From Marsupella aquatica (lineage: Eukaryota > Plantae > Marchantiophyta): a stretch of 64,000 nt of DNA. The position numbers were made by a program, and so were the translations under genes. A model generated the notes under the pieces. The model did no database searches. It had not been told where the DNA came from and worked only from the letters and a program-made list of their open reading frames with translations. The first letter of the stretch is position 1; every line of letters starts with the position of its first letter. The DNA lies in NCBI GenBank assembly GCA_973895155.1, contig OZ316891.1, positions 23,021,884-23,085,883 on the forward strand, read 5' to 3'. Shown piece after piece: positions 24,204 through 37,200 of the stretch.

Positions 24204-24383
24204 CCTAGGGATTGAGCTTGGGTGATGTGTGACAGAGTCTTGCTATGATAGTCTGGTGTTAAGGGCATAAATTGGTGTTTACCGGCCTTCACAACATCCC
24301 TTCGTGATCTTCAGGTACAAGGAGATGGTTTTGGCACCCATAGTGACGTTTTTGGTGTTAAGACCCATGTCAATCGCGTGACA

Positions 24384-25700
24384 AGGGTCACCATCAATCA
24401 TCCGGCAATGCCATGACCTAGTGAAGACCTCATCCGGGTCTGAGTCCATCCTCAATGCATACACCCCCCAACTTGGGTGTTGACGCAACAAAATATTCCA
24501 ACTCTTGGAGTTATATACAGCCCCAATGTAAGGAAAGAGGTGCTCTCCATCATAACCACGTCTCCATGGCTTTGGAGGGACCACAATATCCTCCAAAGCA
24601 AAAAGACCATATCCTATATCAGGACCAATAGAGGATACCTTCACTATCCAAGGGCGACCCCATATCTGAACTGGTTCATTTGTAGGAATAAAATCTGGAA
24701 ATTTGAAGAGACTTGGAGAAAAGTCCTTCAAAACTTCGGTAGCCCTACCAGTGAGATAGGATAGTCCAAACCTGCCCTCAACGCAAATATAATCTACGTT
24801 ACCGGCTGGTCGATCACTAGTACCTAACACCTCCTCTTGGCTGTCTACCTGGTCCAATGGTCCATACTGCCGTCTACGTCTACCAGATCGTGGTTGTGTA
24901 CATAGGACCCTAGTAGTCACAACCTCGGGCCGAAAGACCGGTTCCCCCTCTACATGCCCATGTGTGGGCACGGGAGTGGGGATAGGAGCAGGTGGGCTAA
25001 GAGGCATCTGGGCAGGAGGAACTGCAAGCAACTCCTTGGCCCTTGCTAGAAACCCTTCCAACCACACAGCTTCAGGAACCAAAGGAGGTGGGGGCCTACG
25101 AGGCACCTATTTCAACACATGTACAATGGTTTTACACAAATCAATAAATTAAATAGTGGGATGTAAATGCAAGATAATTAAGCAATACCCTAAATTGGAA
25201 TGCATTTATGGAATGAATAGGGGACATAAACATATCTGTACCTGGCTAGGCAAATACCCTGGCATATCACCCTCGTGGCGGCCATAGTTCTCGATGTGCT
25301 CACAAGTCTCCCACGCGTGTCAAACCACAAGTCCCGTACATCTCACACACCAGCAAGGTATGGGTCCTAGTGGAGCACGAGGACGATTTGGAGGAGGGGG
25401 TGGAGGAACCTCCCCCTCAGACGAGCTTGTGTTAGAGTCTGAATCTGACGTGGAACTATCAGAAGTAGACATCTGCATGCATGAAGTACACTCATTCATG
25501 TAAGCTGCATAAAAGAAGACAAGTGTTGGAGTATCAAAATAGAATTAATTAATGCATGAGATACAAAAGTCCTGTTGTACCTCAATGATACCCGCGCTTT
25601 GCCAGCCTAGTGTGTCGTATTTTCTACACACAAGGTGTGGGACATCCAAAATCTCTGCATATATGGGTGAGCATTTTGCTAATGAGCATACATAATCTGT
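24384..25700 (-). pseudogene. Spliced gene with a CACTA transposase-associated Zn motif and a SET-like domain, truncated by an LTR insertion
   Basis: VSSIGPDIGYGLFALEDI...FPYIGAVY...YALRM...IDGDP resembles the N-terminal half of SET. An upstream exon (~25260-25400) reads PCWCVRC...TCEHIENYG. TGTCACG begins right after DGDP. Confidence 0.65.
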
Positions 25701-25789
25701 AAGTGCGAAAGAGTGTAGGAAGAACACACCACATATAAAAAAATGCCAACATACAAATTAAGTGTAAATGATGCGGCTCATGAAGTGGG

Positions 25790-26492
25790 GACATCATACC
25801 TCCTGGATGCGCGGTCTCACACTATGCATAGTGCATTGTCCAAAACAAAATCTACCTACCCCCTCACAAACATTGAACCACCCCACCCAACGCAAGGTAC
25901 TGTGCATCAAATCCAACACAACCATTAGCCTAATATATGGAGGTTGAACCTTATCCTAAGAAAAGGTGTAACCTTATCCTAGTAAAACCCCATAACCCTA
26001 AGCCCATAAACCCCTCCAAAGAAATTATCCAAATAGCTTTCACCCAGAAATGGTTCGTACAAAAACTTATTGTAGTATTTTGTCTATCATATATCATAGT
26101 ATTGAGTTCCCATCACCACAACCATCCCTAAACTTGCAAGGAACTTGCAAGAGGACATCATACCTCCTGGATGCGCGGTTTCATGCATAGTGCATTGTCC
26201 AAAATTGAGACCTCCCTACCCCCTCAAAAAAGTTAACCACCCCTCCAAAAGCAAGGTACTACACATCAAATCCAAACACAAAGATTAGCCTAATGGAGGG
26301 GTTTAATATTATCCTAACAAAAGGTATAATGTTATACTAATAAAACCTCTACGTACACCCATAATCCCCTATAAAGAAATGAAACAAAAGGCTTTCACCC
26401 GAAAATGGTTCATACAAAAACTTCTTGTAGTATTTTCTTGATCCTATATTACATATCATAGTATTGAGTTCCCATCACCACAACCACCCCTA
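25790..26492. repeat. Diverged tandem duplication, ~364-bp unit x2
   Basis: GACATCATACCTCCTGGATGCGCGGT at ~25790 and ~26154. GAGTTCCCATCACCACAACC ends both units. Confidence 0.85.
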
Positions 26493-27119
26493 AAACACCA
26501 AGACTCTATACACAATTGCATCATTAATTAGAGCCCAATATATTAAGCATGCAAGACCATAGCTTATCAAAAAAATTACATAGTCCGGTACAAACCCCAA
26601 AATTTGTTCTCCGCAACAAAGAAACTTGCAAGAGGTCCCTCTACATGCATGACATGTTCATTGTCCCGTTCACATATGTAGAGCCCTACAAAATGTGGAT
26701 TCAAATATGAAAGCAAATAATAACTCCAACCATGTGCCCTTACCCCATACAAAACCTAAATATCCTAAATTATATTCTAAACCCTCCAATCCCATACCCA
26801 ACCCAAATTCAAACATTATATTGGACCCCCTTTGGGAAAGCCAAGAGGTATCCGATATAACTTCATGAGGGGTCCGATGCAATAGGAAACGGGCCACACT
26901 TGGTAAATACACGGCCACAAGAAAAGGATGAGGGGTCCAAAGCAGATAGTTTTGGAAAGTCCGATTGCGTGTCCGATACCTGTGGTTTTGCAAAGTCCAA
27001 AACAAAAAGAATCGGAAGCAGCAGGTTTTGTTTTGGAAATAAGAACCGATGCAGGTGCGAAGACCCGCGCGTCGGGCCCTGTTTCACACTTGGTGTGTTT
27101 CAAATTTTTTGAAGCTGGA

Positions 27120-29517
27120 TCAAGAGGAGAGCTTGAAGGAGGAGGAGAGATGGAGGGGGCGGGGGATCAGGTGGTGGGGGAGACCAAGGGGGATCAGGTG
27201 GTGGTGGAGAGCAAGGGGGATCAGGTGGTGGTGGAGAGCAAGGGGGACCGTCCCAGCCATACAATGAAGTTATGAGGGACATTTTTGTGGCCAAGGCAGG
27301 GCTGAGTGTGGAGGACGCGGAGAGAGTAGTCCCACTCCAAACGCTGATTGATGCCTCTCGGCATGAGGCAGAGAAGACTGCTGACGCAAGCATTGCAAGT
27401 GAGAAGGAGGCAAAGAAGAGGAAGAAAGAGGCAAAGAGAGGCAAGGGGGATGCAGAGGAGACACTGTCTCCAAGAAAATGAGAGAAAAAGCTTCGAAAAG
27501 AAGCTAGGGCAATTGAGAAGGTGCGATTGGAGGAGCAGAGGCGAAAGGAGGCAGAGAGAGCTCTCAGGCCTGAGCTAGCTCTCAATTTGGGTTGTGGTCC
27601 ATTGCCTAAGAGCTACCATCTATTTTGAAGCCAATTCAAGCAGGTGCTGAGGGCCAATTTGGGGCCACTGGATTATTGGGGCAAGAAAGAGGAAGAGAGA
27701 TTGAGAATCAGAGAGCAGGTGAAGGAACGGTTCAGGAACGAGGCCTACATTGATGATAGGTTCCTAAACAAACGAATTTCAGCATCACTCTCAGACATGC
27801 GCAATCATCAGCAAGAGAAATTCAAAAAGTACCTTGGAATGGCAGTGGATGCAGAGGTGATCAGGGAGGAGGGTTGTCTAGACAATGTTTCCCCCGATGA
27901 GTGGGCGGCTTGGCTTGAGGAGGAACTCTCAGTCCGTGCCTGGCTGAAAAGAAGACATTGGGACAACGAAATTAGGTTGGCAGAGGAGAAGCGAAAGGCT
28001 GGGGAGAATGTTGATATCCTCCCCCTTCAACAGAACCTGCAACAATGGGCAGCTCAGGCAGCAAGACTCCCCAAACCACCAAGGCACATCATAGCAGCAT
28101 TGGAGAGAGTGCAGGGGAGGCCAACCATCACTCACCGGATGGGGCAAGGCGGCTCCAATCAATTGAAGGCTGAGTTTGTAAGTGCCCTCCCTCTCCTCCC
28201 CACCTTGACTCCCTGATCACCTGACTCCTGGCACGAAGAATGAGTTGTTTGTGCATTATGTTTTTTGTTTAAACCCTTTGCAAAACTCGTTTTTGCTCTC
28301 GTGCCTGTTCTTTTTGATACTCATCCGATAGGTTTTGCATCGGAAGCAGCATCGGACACTATGTCATGCCATTTTTCTTGTTATGCATCCAATAGACGTC
28401 CGATGCAGGCTGTATCGGACTCTGCATCGAACCCCTCGGCAAAACATTTAAATTTTTGAATGAACGTACTTAACGTTAATTTTTTACTAGGGTAGAGTAT
28501 AAGTTAGGGTGAACTATGGTTTAAGGTTACATTAGGGCTATGTAGGGTGGCTTGGTTTAGGGTAGGGCACGCTAATACTAGATTTGATATTAACCTGGCC
28601 TCTATGGTTTGGATCTTTAAATTTCAGGAGCGGGAGTATGGTGCCCTATTGCGCCGTTAGAGAGGAATTTGGCAAAGACGGATGGACCCCGCGCTCTAAA
28701 GCGCCACCTTGAGGATGAGTTGGGAGAGGTAAGTGTTCACCCTAGGGTGACATAATGTTTAAGATTGTCATGAATTTGTTAGAGTTATGATCGGGACCAT
28801 TCATTCTAACCGCAATTAAACCCTATTGCGCAGGATGAGGAGGGGTCTGGGTCGGAGGAGTTGGACTCAGATTTTGAGCAGGATGCTGAGGCAGGGTTGG
28901 GGAGGGTGCCCACAGTCACCCCTACTCCTTAGGTCCAAGGTGTTGCTGCCCCATCTGGTGCCATTGCCCCATCAGCAAGGAGGGGTGGGTCACATGCTGC
29001 TGATGGTGTGGGCTCCCAGCGCTTTGGAGCATCACGGGGTGCGGGGCCCAAGCACTCAGGGGGTAGTAGAGGTGATGGCATGGGACGAGGCCATTGCGTA
29101 GGAGTATCTGGTGCAGGTGGCCATTCCCGATGAGGTAGTGGCGACGTGCCGGATGGTGGATCTAGAGGGCGCGCATCATCTCGTGAGTCTGGTGGGAGTA
29201 CAGCACGACATGGGCCACCCACATGATCTGTCGGCGCACGATTCCATCACTCTAGCAGGTCAGCGGGAGGAGCTGAGGCCTCCTTTCACTCTGCCATGTC
29301 GGGGGTTGGTGGGACATCTACCTTGCCTGACCACCCTAGCGGCACATCTAGTGGGTCAGGGTCTGGGCCTGCATCAGACCAACCCATGCCATCTGGTGAG
29401 CAGGTAGCTGCCACGGTTGTGGGCAGCTAGAGGGAGGAGGGCTCTCATGATGCTAGACCTGTACCCACCCTTTGTTCTTACCCAAAGAAGAAGAAGGGAC
29501 GCAACACACCTTTTTAG
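27120..29517 (+). pseudogene. Decayed CACTA accessory (TnpA/Transposase_24-like) multi-exon gene
   Basis: Charged ORF fragments with VSPDEWAAWL...THRMGQGG. GT-AG introns near 28178-28627 and 28729-28832. Stop codons present. Lies inside the CACTA. Confidence 0.5.
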
Positions 29518-30362
29518 AGGTTAGTTGCATTTAGGTGGGTATCTAGTGCTAGACAACTTTATTAGACACTCACTAGGAGGTACCTTGTATATAGCTAGTG
29601 TAGTCTCTAGTCAAAGCTCTCTTTACATCTTCTATCATGCCATCACGACCAGGATGGGTCTACCCGATAGGCCTAATCCATTTTGTACATATTGGGGTGA
29701 TCCCCTTTTTGAATATGATATTTTTATTCTCGTGTTTATAGCATTATCTTTGGTTCCTAATTGGTGTATGTCACCTTCAACCCTAAACCAATACCCAAAC
29801 CCCCAAAAAACCACCCATGAAACCCTGTATTCCACCCCCAAAATATTTGATAATCTATTGCAAGTCCGTTACCATCCGTATCGGTAATATAGCAGTGTCC
29901 GATGCTGCTGCCTTCAAACTTTCCCATCCCCAACGCATCGGACCCCTCCTTCAAGGTTCCCATCTTAAATCTATCGGATAGTCCGATACAAAAAATAACG
30001 CATTTTCCATTTTTATAAATAACGCAATGTCCGATACAAATTACTTTGCAAATTGCCATATGAAATCTATCGGACATTTCGATTTAAATAGGATCGGACA
30101 TAGGAAGTCGTCGTGTGCCGTCGCGTGTTAGTTATCCAATTCATTTTACATCAAACATTAAATATCCGTAACATGTTACAACAGAACGTCCGTTGCCCAA
30201 AATATCAAAAAGTCCGATGGAAGTCCGATGGTCGATATGCAATGGTTTGGGCATCGCAAAGTGCGTTGGGAATTGCATCGAATGATAGAAATTTTTGCGT
30301 CAATTTTTTTGAAGGGATCCGATGTAAATCCTATCAAATAAAGGCCCAAAAATGTACTAGTG

Positions 30363-30964
30363 AAGATCGGCTATGGTGGGGTCATTTTTTTGACAAACAA
30401 AAAGAAGTGATTCAGCACCACCTAAAACCTGCACAATGGAGTTTTGATTGGAGTTGGCCCAAGGTAAACATACAGAGAGAACCTACGACCAATCCTACGG
30501 AAGCAGCAATGGAACCTATCTTGGCTGATAAAATAACGGGTGTGAGGACAGTCATGTATTCCGAAAGTCGGCAAAAAGTCACAAAAATTGGAGACTTCAA
30601 GGATCTAGAGGTGAATACTAAATTTGCAATGATATGTGTAGCAGCCCATTAGGATCCAAAGGGAAGACCATTTTGGATGGCAAAAGTGACTGAGATTCTC
30701 ACAAAAATTAATGACATCCCCGAGCGAGTTAAAATCACTTGGTATGCAATGGATTCGAAAGAGGAGTCTGCAATTGAAGGCAGATATTATCCGGAGAAAG
30801 AGGCTTCGTTTAACAAAGTACTGGAGGATGAACTGTCCTTAGCAGAAACTGAAGTTTATGCGTATAACTTTGCGTTATTGGAAAATAGTACTCTCCCTGT
30901 ACAAACAAGACAAATCATTCAAAATGCAATGATGGACATTGTAGTCGTTGATAGTAGAAGCTAG
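30363..30964 (+). pseudogene. C-terminal part of a gene interrupted by the CACTA insertion (aromatic beta-barrel-like PFWxAKV...ITWY motif)
   Basis: Reading frame resumes at the CACTA end and has one stop at 30650-30652. Contains RPFWMAKVTEI...VKITWYA...GRYYPE. Confidence 0.5.
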
Positions 30965-31317
30965 TGTAAAGGTTTAAGTTATAATGGTTATCGTTCCCAT
31001 GAGGATGGTCGCAGTTGTGAACATCTGGGACTATGTTGTTCTCCAAAGCTATAATGATATCTTTTTTTGAAATTATTGTAATGACAAACCAGTTAGAGCG
31101 TGGAATGCTAAGTCCGATAAGATTATTGACAACTCCATTCCCCCAGCTAGAATAGCGCGACAAACAAGGGAGTGCATCTTGATGGAATGCAAAGTCTGAT
31201 AAATTTATCGCATGAACAAAGGTTACAACGGTTCTTCTAGATGGAATACAAAATCCGATAAATTTATCGACAACTCCATTGCTCATGGATAACAGCATGA
31301 CTGTGATGCCAAAAAAT

Positions 31318-34300
31318 CTAATCTAATAATATCTCGTTGAGATCATCCTCATTTGGTGTTCTGGGAGGCTCTTCCTCAATTGCTTCTTGTTCCTCTTTGG
31401 TCTCCTTCACGACTTCAATTATGTAAGTTGATGTCCCGAGAACACCCAATTGGCCTGCAATTGGTGGTTGAATCTCATGACCTTCAACGCCGTGCCCTTC
31501 AATCTGGGATTCTTCAAATAAATTCCAGTTTGACTCTAGAGTCATGATCCAGGATTTCACAAAATCAATCTGCGCAAAACTCTTATCGACAGCACAACCC
31601 TAGCAAGAATTGAGGAGCGTAGCAGCTAACATTGATCCGGTTCCACAACAAAGATCTATAACCCAATTCTCTTTCTCAGAGAAATGGGAAACAAACCAAG
31701 CCCCCAAACCAACAAGCTTTTGATACGGGTTCACAACACATCCCAATGGATCAACGGACTTCTTGGTTACACATGGAACCTTGATGATATTGACACAAGA
31801 CTCATCCGGTTGGAAATTTTACATGTTCATGTTTCGAATGCCTTCCTCGCTATAGAAACCCATCGACCAGTTCTCAAAACCCCATGCCAATCGAGCGCCA
31901 GCGGGATGCTCATGAATGTTAGTCTTCTCCCAGATTCCAGCCTCGACCCCACAGTTGCATACACTCTCAAGTGCAGACATCACCATATGAGTTTGTTGTA
32001 GTGAATGGATCACAACAAACCTCCACTGCTTAGTGGTCATCATCTTTGAAAAACTTGTCACCATATCTAAAACATCCTTTTCTGTGAAGGGCACTTCATC
32101 AAACTCCAAACCAGGAGCATTAAAACCATACGGAATATCCACGACCGCAAGGGTGTAAGCCCTTGGCTCAACAAAAGAATCCAAAATTCGAACATCATCA
32201 ACATGGAGATAGTAGGGGAAAGAATCCCCATCAACATTTTTCCATGTTTGTTCCAACGCTTCTATTGTGCCCTGGCCTAAGGACCGGAGCCGATTGTACT
32301 TATCGATTGCAGCAAGCACAAAATTCTTAAACACAGCTTCAAAAATGTCACGCACATCTACAGTTAGAATAACGTGAGATGAATCCAAAACCCAATAAAA
32401 ATCTTGCTATGGAGCACCATAGCCGATAAATACAATTGCTTAGAAACCTACAATGGAATGCTACAGCCGATAAAAATCTCACGGTCAGAGGAATGCTTAC
32501 TGCGTCACTCAATTTCTCCGCCCATATGCCAAGGACCGAGACATCTGTTTCAATGAGAAACATTTCTCTGCACGTTGCCCAATCTGGCTAACCAGATATC
32601 TGCAAAAATAGTTTCTTCACCTTGGCAAGCTTTTTCAGCTTCTCACCTTCCTTGTGCATTTTATCCAAAGTGATCACCTTCCCAATAACCCTATTCAAGA
32701 GACGCTTGACGTGCTCCTTATTTGCCAGTCCTTGTAGACCTCGAAATGAATTTAAGTTGAGGTCCCCAACAAGTTTATTCATTTTAATCTCCCTTACCGT
32801 CAAAGGTTTTACCTTTCCTTTTGCGTTCGTTGTTGCCACAATTTTTTTGGGTTGTCCTGAGACAACACCCTTCTCCCACATCTGGGAAATTTGCTCCTAA
32901 AGATCCCAAAGTTCACCTGTTTGGAAAGCAATTTGGAAAGCTGGGTCATGTTTGGCCATGGAGTCACAAACGCCTGGCGTGTAATCCATCATGCATTCCT
33001 GACAACATGCTTTGCGAACATCTTTAGTCAAGCCCACACCCATTTCAAGGTAAATATTGTGACAAGCACAAACTGGGTCAATGTGACTCATGTTCTTCCG
33101 ACACTCCTGGTCATAATTATGCTGGAAGCCCAACTTTTGGACCTCGGATATTGTAAGCCTAGCGTAAACCCAAGCTTCCAGCTCACCATAAATTTGTTTG
33201 CTGTATATTTTATACAACTTGGACTTTGCCCGAGCACCATGATTCCCTCCAATAAATAATTCTATACTTCCATACCCTTAACTTCAAGATGTCCCAATCT
33301 GCGGGTGTGGGACAATCCTTTGGATCCACACACAACACGAACGGGGCACTGAAGTTTATGGGGTTTTTCATGAGAAGTATCTTGATATTCTCCACATGCA
33401 ATCTATCCACTGGTCTAATCAAAGTTGACAAATCCCCCTCCTCATCAAATATCAGATTGTTGACATGCAGAAGGACAGTTGTCCTTTGCACCCTTCGTTG
33501 CATCAATAGACTGAGCTCTGCTTTGATGGCGTCAATCTCATACATCAAAAGAGCTGTCTCCTCCTCCTGATCAGCCTACAAAAGCGTTGCAAATTCAATT
33601 AAGCAAAAAAACAACGATATTTTTATCGGAATCCGCATTTGTCTACAAAAGCGTTTTGAATTCAATTAAGGAAAGAAACTGCAAGATTTTTATCAGAATC
33701 CGCATTTGTCTACAAAAACATTTTGAATTCATTAAGGAAAGAAACTACGAGATGTTTATCAAAGTCCGCATTTATTCTACAAAGCTAAACGATGCGAATT
33801 CAATAAAGGAAAGAAACAGCAAGATTTTTATCAGATTCCTTATTTGTTCAACAATACTAAATGACATAATACTTACCAATGGCATCGTAGGAACCACAAT
33901 GGGAACTGAAGGAATTGATGTATTAGACGGAGCTCTATCTACTTCTGGAGCCACCTTTTCACTCCAGCCAGTCCTCTTCCTCTTTGTGCTAAGTCTAGAA
34001 CCAGATGGCCCGGATCCCTCGGATCCTTTACTTTTGCTTGGATTAACGGACGGTGCTTCTGAAGCACGTCCTTGACGGTTGCCCCAGCCCCTCCCACTAC
34101 TGCCAGTTTCCTGGCTCCTCTTCCCACTGTCTGAAGTTCCCACGACATCTCCCCTACTGCTACCTCTCCCTTTCCCTCTTCCACTTCCCGAAACCCGACC
34201 AGAAGTTGTGGGTTCATCCACGTCAATATGTGTAGAGGTTTGTAATGGTTCTTTACGGCCCGACCTTTTATCGGCATAAGAACCACAGCTGCCGCTTGAA

Positions 34301-34794
34301 CCAGGTTTCTTGAAAACAATTTTCCGGACAGGTTTGAACTCTTCACTTACAAGTCTCTTGTACTCTGCGTTCACCTTTGGTAGCATGATTGCATCACAAT
34401 CTTGGACATACTGGCACACCCAAGCCGAACCCATAACATTCATCTCTCTTGGTGTCCAAACTTTGGCGACAAGGGGATCTTCTGGATAAAAGTCAATCAA
34501 TTTCTCATCAAAGTTTTCTAGAGTAACAATGACAGATGTGAAACCCTTGCGCCCGCACATTGTCAAGACACTAAGGCCCTCTGTCAACACTTTTCCCTCC
34601 CCGTGGCCAACCATGAACTTGACGATCACAGCAATCACAAGGCCATACGAAACATTAACCTTTGCCAATTTTTGCAACTGGACCCAAAGGATTGAGGTAG
34701 CACAATCTTGGAAACCCGTGGACTGTAATCTGGCGTCACGGAAGTACCATGGCTTCTTGATACACTTGACCTCTTCACAAATGTCTTCACTCAT
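31318..34794 (-). pseudogene. ParB/Srx-like domain fused to a beta-class DNA amino-methyltransferase (N6A/N4C)
   Basis: ParB-like IRPVDRLHVENI...YRI(I)GGNHG. MTase motif IV AVVDIPYG, then IWEKTN, VNPYQK and motif I VIDLCCGTGS (read from ~31630-31730). Phase-0 intron at 33876-33576, second intron ~32500-32358. Stops and frameshifts present. Confidence 0.8.
33578..33860. repeat. Intronic tandem repeat (~65-70-bp unit x4)
   Basis: AATTCAATTAAGGAAAGAAAC...GATTTTTATCAGAATCCGCATTTGTCTACAAAA is repeated. Confidence 0.85.
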
Positions 34795-35077
34795 CCAAAT
34801 TTGTGAGGCTTGTCATCAGACTTTCAGCCTCGGCAGATCCACTCTTTCCACTAGCAGCCATGGCAAAGTTTGCAAATAAACAAATTCCAATGCAAAAAGC
34901 GATAAAATTATTGCCGCCAATCTCATAGCACATGTGGAAACAAAATCTCATAACACATAAGGACAAGAGACCCACAATGCAGACGACCGATAAAATTATC
35001 GCAAAAGTGGTCCAAACAAAAAGTGAGCCTTCTTTAAATTGACAACTGAGTGTACACGTGATAATGTGCCTAATCAA

Positions 35078-35769
35078 TCATCCCACCCAAGATCTTAGCT
35101 TATTGGGCCATTGGGGTATATGAGTGATCCTATGATCATAGGCCCACAGCCAATGAAAATCTGTGGCACCAGTCTCAGGATTAACTACAGCTACTGAATA
35201 GCGGCATGACGGAACGTCACAACAGGCATTTGTGCAACACTGACACATCTCACCATTGTCAAGGACATTTGTCCATAAACAAGATACATAAACTAACCTA
35301 GATAATGCACAAAGAGGCCAAGGGGGGAGTTGACAAGTCCTGTACAAATATAACTTCCCACCAGTGTCAATCAAAAACTTGGTGGCAAGAGGATTGTCCA
35401 GCTGGTCAATCACATCCTGAATCTCATTGAATGCTCTACGTCTGTTGTGGGCATAGAATTCTGGTTCATAAGCAGGATTGCCCTTCACAACATGACAACA
35501 GTGCAATATAAAACATTTTACTACACCGGTTTAAGAAAGAGCAAGATAATTCTTCTAGAAAATGCAACATATCTATCCCACCGGATATAAATTTCTCCCC
35601 CTACCTGGCCTACGTAGAAGTGATATGTGTTATTATAAAACGGTTTTGCTACCAGCCTGCAAATATTTAATAATAGTGATTTATCCAACCTCCTTAGCTG
35701 GTCCATCATGGCGCCATTCCCCCATTCCGGAGGATCCACAAAGGGTACAAAAATGCATCGCTTGAGCAT
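35078..35769 (-). pseudogene. Cys-rich hypothetical protein fragments
   Basis: Two adjacent minus-strand ORFs with CQCCTNACCDVPSC. No family recognised. Confidence 0.35.
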
Positions 35770-36659
35770 GGCTTGATCAGCGAATAGAAATCAGGAATAC
35801 ATTTTGGAGAACATACTCATTACAATTCTACAAGTTTCATCCAACTTTACAGTACCTTGTATAACGTGCTGTGAAGCCAATGCACTTGTCAACTGATTGT
35901 CCGTAGAGGCGCAAAAAATTACACTCTGGACCACACAACCCGAAGTCAGGCGAGGCAGGGTCATTTACATTCAAAGTGTTTCTTTACAAGCACTTCTCAA
36001 GCAAACCTTATCTAAGCACCCAAAACAATTGACTACTAAATCGACCAAAGGAATGAGGAGTGCGATAAATTTATCGGATGTTCGCAGCAATGCCTCATCG
36101 GTACGGAATCGGGCTAAACGAGAGAAAAGTATGTTCCAAATCGAGAAAACTATGATAGAGAAAACGGAATCGGGCTAAACGAGAAGTGTGTCACTGGCAC
36201 TTCTCGGTCGGTCCAAAATTGTGTTATTCCACTCAGGCCAGCCATCAATAGATGTTGAAGAGCAGGTCAAAGTTTAACTTCAAGAGATATTGGCAAGAGC
36301 TTCTGAAGAGTGTGACGAATTGTGGGTAATGATCCTCCTTTTGATATAGATTCAATGTTTCAAAATGATGAGAATGAGGCAGATCCACCCTCTGCTAAGA
36401 TCAGGGCTGAGGACACACCTACAGCAGGGCATCCTATATAAATCCTGTCCCTCTACAAGGGTCTTTAGAAGAAGCCATGAGACCCTTATGGATAATTCAT
36501 GGCTTTTTGAATCTCCAATTTTGCATTGCAGCCTGCCAGGACCTCGTGATTTTTTTCAGAGGGTTTACCAGTTTTGTGATTTAGGCAGGCAACCACAGGA
36601 TTGAAAACCATGCCGATAAACAGATTGAATGTGCTTGCAAACACAAAGACTGTGATGAC

Positions 36660-37200
36660 ATTGGCAAGATCAGAGGAACTATCTTAACCATTTTGACATC
36701 CCAAATGACATCGCGGTCTAGCTAGTTACTCCAAAGCTTCCATGGGGGGATATGCAAAACCGATGTGCAGTTAGTCGTAGCTGGCAACAAGCAGTTCAAA
36801 CTCACTAGATCTACGATGCTAGAGTTTGATCTTGCTTAAGATATGGATTTGTTGTCATCGATGGTTTCTATCATCAGGATGCAAGAAAGATACTCCATTG
36901 GGACCCTCTAGGTGTGGTAAAAAGAAGCACGATGCCTCGAGCGGCACATTTTGTTCAAAGAACACTGCTCTCCATCCCTTGCTTCCGCTGCATCCTAACT
37001 ACAGCCTTCCCAAGACTGAACAGGGCAAAATAACGTGCGAAGACCCCTGAATCTTGCCTGAATCTTGAGAAGTTGTTCCATCAGAGTTCTATTGACATTT
37101 CTATTGCAAAAATTGTATCGAATCCCCATCCGATTGTGGCTCTTGAAACTTTCTTCAAAGGCCTCGACTAAAGACAAATTGTGGACTGTGCACCAAGACT
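36660..37200 (+). pseudogene. Decayed F-box(/kelch)-like gene
   Basis: Manual translation gives DIPNDIAV*LVTPKLPW...CAVSRSWQQAV, with many disruptions. Confidence 0.45.

Larger units (their letters stand above)
24384..30362. mobile_element. Right part of a CACTA (En/Spm) DNA transposon
   Basis: Terminus ...AATGTACTAGTG (reverse complement CACTAGTACATT) at 30362. Dense TCCGAT/ATCGGA subterminal repeats at ~29870-30330, also at ~26850-27050 and ~28320-28430. The left part is cut by nested LTRs. Confidence 0.8.

Noticed and set aside
31318-34794. Bacterial or phage contamination (ParB plus DNA MTase)
   Set aside because: Phase-consistent spliceosomal GT-AG introns and embedding among plant transposons.
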